From NCBI GenBank assembly GCA_973895155.1, contig OZ316897.1, forward strand, positions 1,762,515 through 1,826,514: a stretch of DNA of 64,000 nt, given 5' to 3'. Source of the stretch: Marsupella aquatica (Eukaryota; Plantae; Marchantiophyta). Below, one piece after another: positions 28,639-42,343 of the stretch (positions within the stretch are counted from its first letter, which is position 1; the number at the start of each line of letters is the position of its first letter). The notes beneath the pieces are model-generated. The model made no database searches, was not told the origin of the DNA, and saw nothing but the letters and a program-made list of their open reading frames with translations. The translations under genes and the position numbers were made by a program.

Positions 28639-30013
28639 CATGGTTCTCGTGTTCGAGTCGTAGTGTGGCGTTTCATCAGGCTGCGAGTAGTAGTCATCCT
28701 GATTGTTATCCTGAGGCATAGAGCCCAGACGGCTGGCACGGGCCTTGGTGAACATCTCTGTGTAGTCAATGACAGGACTGCTAGGGTCCTCTAATCTCCA
28801 TGCGCCGAAGGGGGGCACAGGCTCTCGTCTCTGCGCAAGCAAAACGAAAGACCACACAGCAGCAGCGCGCGTTAGAGTTGATCAAGATTCGACAATACCA
28901 CTAGTAGACCAACGACGCCTAATCCGTTGTATAGCTGGGATGAAAAGCTAGCCTGACAAGTTCTATCTTGCGCTCTGGCTCTTGAAATCTTGGTCAATCC
29001 CATGCACCCAGTACTCGAACCATGACTGCCACAGTTCCAGCCCCATCTATCTGAATTCCATATGCTTATCCTGGTCAGTGAGACCACTTGATTGAAGCCA
29101 CCCCGTTCACATATGAGATTCGAGAGGATCTCTCAATCGAGAGAGTTATGATTTACTGCATCTCGGTGAACGCTAACCTGACTATTAAACAGCCAACGGC
29201 CATACTGAATTCGAGGCTGTCTCAGAGAACTGTTCAAGACTTTATACACGACTGATTCACTTAAATAACACAGCCAAGGCGAAAGACCTCGCCCTGATTC
29301 GGCAATGTTCTGACAAAACGCACTGACATCTTTCAGAGAGCCCATCTGACGCTCGCAATTCAAAATGTCAATTAATTTGCTGGTGTCCAACACCTAGCCG
29401 ATGGCACTACTTGCATTTTTCCATACGGCGGTGGTCTGTTACTGAAATGAAGTCACCAGGGAAGCCAAGGGGATGATCGTCTCATCGTCCTAGGACAGGG
29501 CGAACCTTTCTGAACGGCACAAACCCTGCTGTAAACTGGTCAGAGATTACTCAAGAGATGATCTACGCCTGCTGCTGGAGTCGAAAATACACGGTCAGTT
29601 ACGGAAACGAGCTCGAGCTCTTCAGCAAGTTACCGCCTTGAACTAAATTTGTGTCTGGGGTAAGAATTAGTCGAGTGGACCTCGATAGGAAGCTACAATA
29701 GCCGGGCCCACCAAACAATATGCACGATACTGCTCTTGAGAAATCCCTTCCAACTGACTGCCTTTCTTGCTCTTTACGTCAATTGCGCATCAAAATTACC
29801 CGCACTCCCAATTTCAATATTGGCCCACAGCCGAATTCTGGACAGCCAGCCTTGCTGTTCATCACTGGGGGATGAAAACGTTCGACAAGCTAGACTGACT
29901 GGATACCGCTTCAGTGATTGAGCTGAAGACCTTCCCCTCTCATTTTGGATTTCGGCGAAGCCAGCAAAAACTATGCTACAATATGAATCAGGCGTGCTTA
30001 CCGGTGAGTCCAT
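28639..30013 (-). CDS. RIN4/NOI-family small protein; 3' end unresolved
   Basis: Exon 28830-28639 has an AG acceptor at 28831-32 and a GTAAAA donor. It encodes RREPVPPFGAWRLEDPSSPVIDYTEMFTKARASR, with the VPxFGxW AvrRpt2-cleavage-type motif and YTxxF. A candidate first coding exon 30013-30002 (MDSP|GTAAGC) is in phase 0. The terminal exon is uncertain; read-through gives ...SLFHSCF* ending at 28576. Confidence 0.75.
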
Positions 30014-32089
30014 TGCTGGCCACGCGACAACGTCGTTGATGGAGCTGACTAGCTAGAAGATGCTCCAATAAGCTTGATGATCCCGTGCTTGAAGACTTCC
30101 TGCCAACCATTAAAGATCAGCGTTAGCTTAGCCCAAACACATACCACGGAAGGGGAACTTCAAGCTATAAATCCAAATTTCTGGTGGTCGACGATAGACG
30201 GGCACATGAAGAATGTCTCAAAAAGAGGTTCCCAAAATCACCACCCGATTGAAAAAGATAGTGGAGCGACTGGAATTCGCGGAAGTCCAGTTAGAATGGT
30301 CGTTTGGGAGAAGACTAGGCATACAGACTGATTGGGGCGCCGGCTGAGGTTTAAAAATAGACGATGGAAGGAATAACTATCAATTCCGAAGGATGGCACA
30401 GCACAAACATACAATTTGAAAAGCTAGGGAGCGAGTACAGAGTCATGCCAGGAGTCCAACGTACAAAGAGACGTTAATGTCTCAGCAGAGGGGACAGCAG
30501 GGTGATCACCCAATTTGAAAGCTACTACACGACGAGGAGACACTGAAACAGTGACCGCAGTAGTCATAACCAATCTGAAGACCTCCAAACCAGACACGAA
30601 GTCTACAGAAAACCAGAGAACTACAGGATGGGACTGAGATATGCAGGGACTCGAACTTTCAGTCAAATTGGGCTCTCACAGGTTGTCTTGACAATGATGA
30701 GGAGGCTGGGAAGGTCTGAAGGAGCTTGTGATGGAATAAGTAGACAATTGACCAACAAAGCTTCTGAAACAGCTGAGGAGACATTGAGCGTCCATTCGGG
30801 CAAAGAACTTCCCAAACTTCCATTGGAGCTGCATAGTGTTATTAGACAATGAGAGCTTCAGAAGTAGCAGTATCTCGAGATGACAGGTCAATTTCAAAAG
30901 CTATGGAGAAAGACGAGAACACTGTCAGCGGAAACTGAATCACAAGAGGCTGGGCGGGGGATAGTTCGGTCTTTCGATGGAAAGCGAATGCATTCAAGAC
31001 TACCCAACAAAATTCACAGGACAGTGTCCGACATGTCTCTGCCAGTCGTGGAGAAGTTGACCACTCATCAACTTGATCCAACAACTTACAGTACTCGAGA
31101 AGCCTGCGTGCTTAGAGCGGCTGATGAGAAATTGACCACGAAACCAAAGAGAAGCTCTCCAAAACTTACTCTGATGTTCCAGACGAGGAGGAGCAAATTC
31201 CTGCTTAGTCGATTGCTCGAGAGAAAGAGCACGTAGCGACCATAGAGGAGCCCTGAAATAAGGGAAGGAAGGGGAAGGGAAGGAGCGGACGGCGGTGCGG
31301 GAGAGCAACAACCAAATGAGTGTCTCAATTTTTCCGGAGTGAACCCGAGCCCATATATTCTAGCTAGCTGGATGGGAGGGATGGGAGGGGAGGACTTACT
31401 GGGCTCATTGGACTGATTCAACATGAAAACAATTCCAAAAGTATTAAACTAAACTGCACAGTAGATTAACCTGACGCAGCAATCCAACACTCATCATCAG
31501 GAGGGATATCTTCTTCACATCGATCCAAACCCAGGCCAGTAGGAGCAATATGCCAGCTCGTGCATTGGAGCGGTGGATTGGAATCGAAAGAGCGTTTGAA
31601 TCGTTCTAAATGGTCCCCACCGACCTACCACTGCAGATTTGTTTTCGTTCCTACCCTGGTCCCATCTGGGGTACCCAAATCTTGTGAGAAAGTCACTAGT
31701 GATCTGTTCGTTCCTGCTCTCTCACTCTCACTCTCTCTCTCTGTGGAGATGGGTGGATCTGATGTGGTACCGTACCACACGTACACGCCACCGATCTCGG
31801 AGGTCGACAAGCAGCAAGAGCAGCAGCTGCCCACCGAGTGGATTCAGTGGAAGGTTCCCTGCAGAAGAAATTGACAGGAACAGTGGTCAATGGGCTAAAT
31901 TTTCGTCGTAAAGGGGAGGGCTGGTCTGCTGTAGTCAAGTCAACATGATGTAATGGGGAGGCGGCAGACTGCGCCACTGCTGGTGGTCTTTGGACTCCAC
32001 GAAAGGCATTTCATAGGGAATCAGACGGGGGGGGTTGCTACTTTGCTCTCCAGTCTCCACGACAGTAGTGTGGACTGTGCTCTCTCTTT

Positions 32090-32730
32090 TCTGGCTATTA
32101 TTTTTCTTGTTCTTGTTCTTTCCTTCTCGTATTGTTTTCTGCTTTCTAAGGTCACCCTCTGGTTCTTTTTCTTTCCTTCTCGTATTGTTTTCTGTTTAAT
32201 TAATTAATGGTGACCCTCTTTTCTGGTTCTCTTTCTTTCCTTCTCATATTGTTTCCTGCTTCGTGGTGACCCTCTTTTCTGGTTCTCTTTCTTTCCTTCT
32301 CATATTGTTTCCTGCTTCGTGGTGACCCTATTTTCTGGTTCTTTCTCTTTCCTTCTCATGTCGTTTTCTGCTTCTTCGTGACCTATTTTCTGGTTCTTTT
32401 TCTTTTCCTTCTCATGCTCTTTTATGATTCTTTTTCTTTCCTTCTCGTATTGTTTTCTGCTTCCTAAGTGACCTTCTGGTTCTTTTCCTTTCCTTCTCGT
32501 ATTGTTTTCTGCTTCTAAGTGACCCTCTGGTTCTTTTTCTTTCCTTCTAGTATTGTTTTCTGCATCTAAGTGACCCTCTTTTCTGCTCTTTTTTCTTCCC
32601 TTCTCAATATTGTTTTCTGCTTAGTGGTAACCCTCTTCTCTGGTTCTTTTTGGCTCCTTGTCATATTGGTTTCATTTTCTGGTTCTTCTTTCTTTCCTTC
32701 TCATATTGTTTTCTGCTTCTTGGTGATTCT
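32090..32730. repeat. Pyrimidine-rich ~45-55 bp minisatellite, about 11-12 copies
   Basis: GTGACCCTCTTTTCTGGTTCTTTTTCTTTCCTTCTC(A/G)TATTGTTTTCTGCTTC is repeated. Confidence 0.92.
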
Positions 32731-33245
32731 CCTCTCTAGTTACTCACGAGCTCTAGGGGTTTACAATGCTTGTCAGTTTACTAGCCTGATGCCCCTGGTT
32801 CTTAAAATGACTTGCCCCCAGTCCTTGTTTTCTGCATGCACCCTCACTTTCAGTTATGCCCTAGAGTCACTGTCTATAGGCTTCACTCTAGACACGAGGA
32901 CCTTAGAATAGCTTTTGATTGCAATTATGTAATAATCGATTATTGCCTGGATTATTTAGTTTGGTTGCCCTAGTGGGGGCTCTTGTGAGCTTTGGTCTTC
33001 CTGAGATCTTTCTATTGTTTTGCCTCCTTTACTAGGTCTCTTACCTTTGGGATCCTATATCCGGGTCAGGCATGTTCTTGTTCTTTGGCAATGTGATACA
33101 TATACTCCTGCTATTAGTCTCACTACAGTGTCTCTAAAAGCAAGCAAGTGTCTTGCCCACCTTTTGTTCTTTCTTTTGTTTATTTGTTAACTAAGAAACT
33201 CATCCTAGAACAGCCGCCTCACAAGTTCTGTTTGCTTTTGTTTAC

Positions 33246-33456
33246 TCTTCTTGTACACGTTCTTCTTCTCCTCACAGATTTTATTTTCACTAGTGGTGCT
33301 GTTATGGCTTCTTTCCATTTTGGAAGAGGAGTTCATGTGAAACTCATTTATTCTTCTTGTACACGTTCTTCTTCTCCTCACAGATTTTATTTTCACTAGT
33401 GGTGCTGTTATGGCTTCTTTCCATTTTGGAAGAGGAGTTCCTATGAAACTCATTTC
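33246..33456. repeat. Near-perfect 106 bp tandem duplication
   Basis: TCTTCTTGTACACGTTCTTCTTCTCCTCACAG...TTTGGAAGAGGAGTTC..TGAAACTCATTT starts at 33246 and 33352. Confidence 0.92.
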
Positions 33457-34034
33457 TTGCTGCCTACTGGGTCCACCATTCAACCTTGCCCATTTTGGTG
33501 TGCTACCCGTCACACACACATAAGACTTGATGGGGCCCAAGCCCCTTTCATTTGAAAGAAACATGGTTGGCTCCTACTGTAGTCCCTGTCACCCTTGTGC
33601 ACAACCTCTGCCCCCATTCCCTCTCCCTATCATAGTTGCACATCCCTGACTCCAGCTTGGTCATTGTGCTCCACAAGCAACCAGGCTGTTATTGGTTAGT
33701 GTGTCCCAGTTGCCCTCCCTCACTCTGTGCTGCAGCCCTGAGTAGTCTGAAGGGTGTCCAAAGTTACAATGGTGCCCAAAGTATTCTGAAGGACCTTGTT
33801 GCCGATTCGATTTAAGGAGGCATTGCGATATTTTTTTTACATAGGATCAAGTGACTAATCCAAAAGAATATCCCTGATGATTTTTGCCAAATGTTGCAAG
33901 CATTTTTCAGCTAGGCCAAATTTAACACATTTTTGCCATTCAGAAATGTGCTAGTCTTCACATTTCCAAATGCTACTTACTGTGCCCAGATACACATAAG
34001 CGTGGTTTGCTCTAAATAACTTGTCCCAGCAAGC

Positions 34035-34590
34035 CTAGCCCAAAATCATCGGACATCATTGTGGGAAATGATGTTTTAGTTTAAGCCTCATAAGTCGACT
34101 AGTGTTTTGCACAAATTCCCATCCACACAAAAGAGTTGACAATTGGAAAAATTATAGATCACTCTCTTGTCACCTAAATAAAAACATATATGGTGAACAA
34201 TGGTGAACAACATGTGAGATTGGGACCCAAAGGGTTGCAATAAATGAGTTTCCTGGTCTAGTTCACCTAAATTCCTTTTCTCTTTTGGGAACTGGGTTTA
34301 TTATGGGTCCCTGTGCTAGCCCAAATTCATCGGTCTTCAGTGTGGGAAATGATGTTTTAAGTTTAAGCCTCATATGTCGACTGGTGTTTGCACAAATCCC
34401 CATCCACATAAAAGAGTTGACACTTTGAAAAATTAGAGATCACTCTCTTGTCACCTAAATGAAAACATATATGGTGAACAACATGTGAGATTGGGACCCA
34501 AAGGGTTGCAATAAATGAGTTTCCGGGGAATACTGTAGTTCACCTAAATTCCTTTTCTCTTTTGGGAACTGGGTTTATTATGGGTGCCTG
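34035..34590 (+). mobile_element. Tandem dimer (~283 bp unit) of a dispersed SINE-like repeat
   Basis: Two units start CTAGCCCAAA. Their body matches 39490-39880 (GCACAAA, TCACTCTCTTGTCACCTA, GGGACCCAA.GG...AATAA). Confidence 0.6.
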
Positions 34591-35444
34591 TGGTGAATAC
34601 ACGCATGCTGGAAGGAAAGAAGACCAGGTCAGCCTGCGGTCAAGGCCAGAGCAAAACCAGGAACAGCTAGGCAAAGCCACCTTCTTTTACATCTCAAGTA
34701 CCATCCTGGTTCACAATATAAATAACTAGTTATCAACATTTGAGACCTAAGTAACAAAATGTTTTGGGGTTCTTGTAAAAACTCTACAGACCTTTCTCAT
34801 GTAAATTGTCAAAATATTCTAAGCATCCTGGCGAATACTTACTTTCCAGTGTATATATTATCATATTTTCATGTTGGATTTCATTATTCAAATAGGAGGT
34901 AATTTTAACAGTGGTAATGTTTAGCATAGAAGATTGTCTAAGGCCACAAAATAACACTGATTTACCAACATTGCTGAGTTTATAGTAATTACACTTGAAA
35001 TTTGAAAGTAAAACCGAGATGGACCACCATGTTGGATACAGTGCTCCCATGGACCACATCAAAGTGTGCATCAATGCTTATGCCATGCGGCTGCTCCACT
35101 CCTGGTGGTTTGCTCTTGTTTTTTTGTGGTGGTCCTTGGGAGTTTTGGGCTTACACCTCTTAATCATAGGATTAAGAGGCCTTAAAAACATTTCGTTTTG
35201 CACCTGCAAGGCAACTAGAAGGAGAAGGAGAAGAAAACACAAACACAAATACTTCATATTAACACAATGAAAAGTAATGTAGTAGAATTTGGAAATGTAA
35301 CTGACCTACTTATTATTACAGTTAAACTCAAATTTTGAAAAATGTGGTACATGGGGGGTTTTCAAGGACGAGCGTTCTGATCTATGGGAACACCATGTTC
35401 CTTGAAATTTGCAGGCAGCAACTTGGAAACAAAGGTCACCTTTA

Positions 35445-35512
35445 TAGCATAGCATAGCATAAAATAAAATAAAATAAAATAAAATAAAATAAAATAAAAT
35501 AAAATAAAATAA
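35445..35512. repeat. Compound microsatellite (AGCAT)3(AAAAT)10
   Basis: Directly visible in the sequence. Confidence 0.95.
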
Positions 35513-36239
35513 AGGTGCTATAAAGTGACTCCTGTTTTCGTGCTTTTATTACACATCCAAGTCGTCGGGCATCGTTGCATTTTGAGCCCAACACTGCCCT
35601 GTCCAGGTCCCCTTCTCCTCGGGCAGTGAGATCAGGAAATGCATGCAATGTTCAAATTCAAATTGGAATTTCATAGTCTGCCCTATTTCACTGTACATTT
35701 TCTCTCTCCCCGCTCAGCTTTGTACAGACAAATCCTTTAAAAATGTTTTTAAAATGGTTTTAAATGGATCTCTGCAGACAAATGTTTATTGATAGGGATC
35801 TATATCCACTATGGGCCCAATAGGAATGCTGGGTGTTTTATTTTCACGTGCTTTCTGGAGCTGCCCACCAGGGAAATCTGTAGGGTTTTCCTTTTTCTCG
35901 AATGTCAGCCTCTCTCAAGAAATAAATGCGAGGAAGATTCCTTATCTCATTTTCCTAAATTATTTCAGACCGATAGATTTCCCTTGATTCAGGATGACCG
36001 TTGGATTCTGTCTAGTGGGGTCTATTGCTAGGTGAGGGACCGGCGAAGGGGAAACAGAAAAATTGGCCAGGGTTTCCACTTTTTCCAAGAAATTTCTGCC
36101 ACTTACAGAGTTGCTGCTGCCCATCTTAGGCTGTGCCAGCCTTTTTTGTAGTGGGGAAAGTTTACCAGATTATATACCTCACCGACAAGTCTTCCCTGCG
36201 TGTAGCTCAAATTGGCTGGGTTTCCTAGTATAAAGTATA

Positions 36240-36470
36240 GTTTACAAGGCATTGTGGGATATAATCCCTCACAAAATGAAAGTTTCAGCTGAGTTTCAAG
36301 GGTCAGTTATTGCTCACACTTAGAGGCCTATAAGATTGTTGTGCTTACTAATTTTAGTAAAGTAGAGGAGAATTTTCAAAATGAGTATCCAAATCTTGAG
36401 TATGCATTTTTTTCTCAAGAAATGCCCTCTAATTACAAAGAGAAAAATCACTGAGGGCATTAAGTCTTTG
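36240..36470 (+). repeat. Solo copy of the arm of the 52.8-53.5 kb fold-back element
   Basis: GCATTGTGG...TTTTAGTAAA..GGAGAA.TTTCA.AATG..TATCCAAATCT.GA.TATGCATT...ATTACAAAGAGAAAA.TCACT.AGGGCA is shared with 52815-53070. Confidence 0.75.
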
Positions 36471-39466
36471 CCACAGATCCAATTACCCAGAATCGGGCAG
36501 TTATCTCTAAATGTAGGGAATCTAATGGTCATACTTTAATCTAGAAAAATAATATCAGCTTCTACTTCACACAAGGTCACAATTCCTCATCCTCGTGAGA
36601 AAGGAAAAACTTTAAAATTTACCTTGCCCTTGCTGCCAGTCCTAACAAAGTCCTGAAACACAATGTTACCATAGCCGTAATCTACTTCACACAAATAATA
36701 GATGATTTACATTTGGCTCCCAACACAATAACTATGCCTCCCAAAAACAGAGGGCTTGAAAAATATTCTGGCAGTTTCAGACATGAGATTCCAGACATAA
36801 TTCACACACTTTATAAGAGGCAAAATGCCTGGAAAACTACATACGTTATTGATTGAAATAGTTAGCAAGCACATGTTCTGGCTAGGTATTAGTGAAACGC
36901 AAGAAAGAAAACCCTATTATATGTTGGAATAGTGAGCTAACCCATGTTTTGGCTAAGTATCAATTAAATGCAAGAAAGAGTAAAGTACACTGAGAAAAAT
37001 TAAAATGGCCCATGAACATATGGAAACAAATAAAAATAACTCTTCGTGATTGAGAAGGATGGCAGGTCTGGAAGTGCCCCGCTGACCACACTCCCCTGTA
37101 AAAACTGGTGAAAAGTGAGCTGGTGAAGGGTAAGATTAGACAGCGGACTAGCAACCACAAGAGTTGCTCAGTTCTTGGCTCCTGCAGGATCTCTCTCTGT
37201 TTTCAGAGTTGAGGATGCCCTTAGATTTGAGGTTTCATTTGTTAGTCCTTTAGGGTTTTTAACTGAACCTTCAGTTCAGCTTTGCGGTGGGGGCCCGAAA
37301 ATGACTCCAATTTTTTGTTCTGCGCATATTATTCTAAAAAATATAGTGTACAATATCACAAAGAGTGTGTTTGTAACAGTTTAGCTTATGTGACCAAACC
37401 TCTTTGATCACGGGCCTGGTAGGGTGAGTTAGGCCTTGTTTACTTTTTGCTCATGCTCCCTTCTTTTATCCCTGTCCCCATGTCTTGGCTCAGGGTGACT
37501 CTTGGTCTATGACCGCATGTGGTCCGGCCGTTTTACTCCCTTTTTTAACAGGGTTTCATAAGTAACGTACTTCTTTCAAGGAAAAAAAAGAAAAAGAGCA
37601 ACCACAAGAGTATTGTGTTCACTTTGTCATAGCCTGCCCATCTTGCATGGACCTGTTGAAAAACATTTTCTAGGAGATTTTCGCGGTGTAATAAAGATTT
37701 TGTTAGAATCTCATGATGAGCTGACGAAAAGCCACTGTTATGAATTCAAACATGGATTACTATTCAGAATAAACGAGGGGCCTTTTGTCTTAGAAAAACT
37801 TTATTGGAAAGAGATCCCGAAGTTCAGAAACAGAATTTTCAAGAGTAAAATTTACCATAAAAAAATTTAAGAAGAGGACAGGTGTACAGTGAGAGGGTAT
37901 TTTGTTCTTGCAAGGAATGTCGTGAAGAGTGTAGAAGATCATAAAATTGATGGAGAGAATTGTTTAAAGTTAAATGGTACATTGAGAAGGTCTTTGTCTT
38001 GAAAAGTAAAGGAAAATGTCAGCTTACTAAAACGAGGTATTCAAAGTAGTAAAAGCAAAAGAGGGGGCAAACATAAAACTGGGAAGGAGAGGGCAAACAC
38101 AAACCCCTAAACCAGTGTTTTTTAAGATGTCTAGTGTGTGAAGGAGAAGATGCTCAAAATATTCCTTGATTTATTCTCCTGACCATCAGATCTCCCTAGA
38201 TTTAAGGATGACCGTTGGATTCTGGCTAATGGGACCTGTGATTAGGTGGAACACTGGCAAATGAGACAGAATATGGGGAGGTGGAATATGGCCAAATTTT
38301 GCCACTGAACCCTAGAAAAATTTAAAAATTAGGTTTTACCCACTACATGAGTGTGATGATGTTATGGTACACATCTAGTGTTATAACCAAGTAAGTCTTT
38401 TGAATGTCAGGCAAGGGGCCAAGCCTCTGCTGAGGTAAACCAGTACCAAGCACTAGATATTTTACAATGGATTGGTTGGGCTTGAGCATGTTGTAACATC
38501 CCAAAATCTTAGCGGAAGTGAATTGTAGGTAATATATTAGAGAATAATATTATATGAGTTTATAATAACTTCTTGCACCTCCTACTCATTAAAAGGTTTA
38601 CCTAAATGTTTATCTAAATTACCTGGAAATTAACTATTTTGGGCTGCACTTAATTCCTAAAATTTTGCTATTCAACCCCTCAAGCATCTGGCTAGGTTTC
38701 ACCATTAGATGGTAGTTTGTGTCCTCTCTGACCCTAACTGTGGTACCGTGTCAAACCCTCAACATTGGTTGGGTCTCTTAATTGGCTCCTGCCCCAACCA
38801 GCTCGACTCCCCTCAATTGCCCGCCCAACCCCCTACCCCCCCCCCCCCCCCCGCGTCCCCTTGGTTAAAGAGGGTATTGAGGTTAAGTTGAGCACAGTGA
38901 CAACTGTTTGATGCTGATTATTGGATCATTCCAAAGCAAACCAAAGTTTCTTTGCATCACCGGCCATGGAAAAAGGTGGCAACTTAGTTAGTAAACTAAA
39001 AATAGTGGCAAAGTATATAAATTGTCCAAAAGGTAGCAATGTAGTGAATCTCAGAACAACAAATATCCCAAGTTTGCCCCACAGGCAGAGAATCTGTTTT
39101 GCAGTGTAATAGTCCATAGGAAATATCAATTTGTTGTTAAGATGCATGGGTGGAGATGCGCTTAGTAAGACAAACGAGTGCAATTTGTTGTTAGGGTGCA
39201 TGGGTGGAGATGCTTGTATGAAGACACATGACAGTAGGAAAATATGACGTGTGACTATCCATGGACTTTGGGAGTCAGAGCATTCCTTTTGAGTAAACTA
39301 TTTATTGTTGCCTCTTGGGTCACACCATTCAATGTTGAAGGTCATCTTGCATTGTCCATGGAGCACAAATGATCACAACATGAGGTTTTCTACTTCACAT
39401 TTCTGAATGCTACCCATGGTTTCCAGATCCACATGAGTGGAGGGTTTGCTTGACATGACTTATCCT

Positions 39467-39890
39467 CCCAACAAGCTGAGCCTAGTGGTAGCAGGTTTTC
39501 ATTCTGGCAAATGAGATTTAGGAGTTCAAGTTTCATGAGTCTACAGGATTTTGCACAAACCTACATCTCAAAGTGGAGTTCACCACTGCCCTTTCCACAC
39601 AAAACACTTGACAATACAAAAAATTGGAGGTCATTCTCTTGTCACCTACGCAGAAATGGGAGGGCATAAAACATCAAAATTGGAGGTCACTCTCTTGTCA
39701 CCTAAACAGAAACGTGATGGCATACAACATCAAAATCAGAGGTCACTCTCCTGTCACCTAAACTGAAACGGGAGGCCATACAACATCAAAATTTGAGGTC
39801 ACTCTCTTGTCACCTAGACGGAAATGGGAGGGTGGGCAACATCTAAGAGTGGGACCCAAGGGATGTAATAAGTGAACACCTTGGAAGAGC
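39467..39890 (+). mobile_element. tRNA-derived SINE-like element with four internal ~60 bp tandem repeats
   Basis: An A-box-like GAGCCTAGTGGTAG and a B-box-like GAGTTCAAGT are ~40 bp apart. Four copies of AAAAT..GAGGTCA.TCTC.TGTCACCTA lie at ~39620-39815. Confidence 0.6.
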
Positions 39891-39928
39891 CCACCTTGTC
39901 TTCACAAAAGGTTGTAGATCTGTGAGAC

Positions 39929-40021
39929 AACTTGTAATAGACACCACATCTGACTTAGGAAACTTGTAATTGACACCACATCTGACTTAAGAAACTTGTA
40001 GTTGACACCAAATCTGACTTA
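39929..40021. repeat. Three-copy ~31 bp tandem repeat
   Basis: AACTTGTA.T.GACACCA.ATCTGACTTA occurs three times. Confidence 0.9.
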
Positions 40022-42294
40022 CTGAACCGAGAAGGCATCAACTAGTGATGACTGGTGTACATTCTTTATTCACTGGTCACAAGTAATACAATATAGTCAC
40101 AGACGTAATATGGGGGTGCTGTTCGCAAAACAAAGAAGCTCGAAGACAAATGCAACACTATGACTGTGCCAAAAACAAAGTAATGAGACAAAATGCAACT
40201 CTGTGAATAATAGCAATGAACAATTTGCACAATGGAATCCGGGTTTGCTCTAAACACAAGTTAATGTTTTTTTATAGGAAACAACACAAGGCCAGAATAC
40301 TACTCTTTTGGTCTGATGATTAAATTTTCATTTTAAAAACATATATACACTGGAAACTCAATGTTTACACCAGAATGTCCAAAATATTATTAAAATTTAG
40401 GTGACAAGATTCTTTCACAAGACCCCCAAAACTATTTGTTAATTGAACCAAACCCCTCGGCGATACTAGCTTAATTTTCTGGTTTTGCCTATAATTTTAA
40501 GAATTATATATTTATCGCGCCAGCCCAAATGGCACTACGGGCAAGCCGGTCTGCAAGCCGGCCGGCGGGCACTTGACCGCCGGGAGCCGATCACGCCGAC
40601 AAACCAAAGATTCTCGAGCCAAGGACAAGATTCGTGAATCGAGATCGTTGAAAAACAATGCCCGTCTAATAGCCTGCCCGAGTGCCCTCTGCCTGCCCGT
40701 CTCCCATTGGGGACTGAGCATTGACCTGCTGCCCGCCTGCCCGCTACTAGTCTCTCTGCCTCTCTCCCATTTGGGCACCGTCATCCTCCTCCTGCCCGCG
40801 GGCGGGAGTAAAAACCAGCTCCTGCCCGGGAACGCGGCGCTCTGTCCTCCCGGCTGCGCGGCCGCCAGCCAGCCCGTGTCGCCTGCCCGTCCCGCCCCAG
40901 AGTCGAAGTGACGGCAGCACGGACCGCCCCCTCGCAGATCATCATGACACAATGGTGGGGGCCCACAGGTGTCCGAATCCTCGCCGTCTAGTGACGGATC
41001 TGCACGGCAACTTGTCGGAGGCCTTCGTTTTTGAATTTCGAATTTTGTTTTGTTTAAATTAATATAGCGAACTAATCCAATTCCTTGCGCACCATTCTCG
41101 GGTTGACTTTTCTTTCCGCTTTTCTGGAGCAGACGTATGGTTTTTTATTAGACGTGTTTGCATTTGATCCACGTTTTTATAAAGCAGATTCAGAATTCCA
41201 GATGTTTTAGGACAAGGAGATGCTTCGATAGATTTTTTGCACCTAGAATGGATCGCATTCAAATGCTGAGATTTCTAGTATACAACATGCAAACTAAGTT
41301 ATGGAGATGTTCTCCCATAGCACATTTTTTAACGCTAGAAATCCAAAAAGCACGTGAAAACTAAAGTTTAACTAACCGTTATGAGTGGCCATCTTTGAAG
41401 CCAGATTTGGCCATAATTACTCAAAGACTAAACACCCACTTTAGCTGGCTACAAAAGGTAGACCTATTTCTTGACTGACTCCCAACATGAAACTTGTTAC
41501 TTGATCTATCCCCTGAGGTCTATGAACGACCCAGATCTAAGATCGAAAGGTCCATCAACGATCTATATTGGGGACAAGTATCGAGGGGGTTGATTAAGCA
41601 AACTTTTTCCAAAGGGGGTCTACTAAGCATATCCCTCGAAAAGGTATGGAATAAGCTCTCCACCAAATCTAATTTTGCTTATTCAGATCATATTTGGAAA
41701 CATCATGAGTTTGAAGTAGTAGGCAGGTTTCAAGATGTCCTCAACTCCGCTGAGAACTAGTCTGAAACCTTCCACGCCCCTCGAAAACAGGTCAGGCTGC
41801 TTCTGGGTGTCTTAGGCTCCATTAATTAATACTTTAAGTGTTTCGCAGACGCTATCACAGTTAATTTGAATTAAATATATTGTTACTCTCATACCTTGTT
41901 GTGGGCTAGAAAAACAAGCAGGAAGACCAAGAGGCCTAAACCTTTCTTCAAAACTACGTCTGATAAATCCCGTTGTAGCTCATTGATTCAGACTATGAAT
42001 ATAACTTCCTTTTATCAAAAGTAGACCCTCCTGAAAGTTGATCATCTCTCACGAATCACCATTTCAAGGGGGAATTCTGTGTTGATCTTCTTTTGTTTAA
42101 ACCACAACTTGCCCTATATAAGGGGAAGTGTCTAAGATCTCCCCCTTTTTTCATATTTCAATCACTGTTCTCCTCTAGCATGCCAGTTTGCTCCAATATT
42201 TCAGGAAAAATCTCCTTTTAATGATAACTACAGGTAACCCGTAGCTTTTGAAGGGCAGTTGTGGTTTAATAACATGCGTTACTTACTACCTTTC

Positions 42295-42296
<2 letters not shown>

Positions 42297-42338
<42 letters not shown>
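42297..42338. repeat. (AT)21 microsatellite
   Basis: Directly visible in the sequence. Confidence 0.95.

Positions 42339-42343
<5 letters not shown>

Noticed and set aside
30628-31977. Several 70-118 aa ORFs on both strands
   Set aside because: No recognisable domains; more consistent with 5' leader and intron sequence of the NOI gene.
32090-32730. CRISPR-like array
   Set aside because: The units are contiguous and degenerate with no unique spacers, no cas genes are present, and the context is eukaryotic; it is a minisatellite.
39467-39545. tRNA gene
   Set aside because: A/B boxes are present but I see no cloverleaf or acceptor stem; treated as a SINE head.
40512-40966. ORFs in the GC-rich island
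   Set aside because: They are low-complexity translations on both strands, expected from GC content alone.
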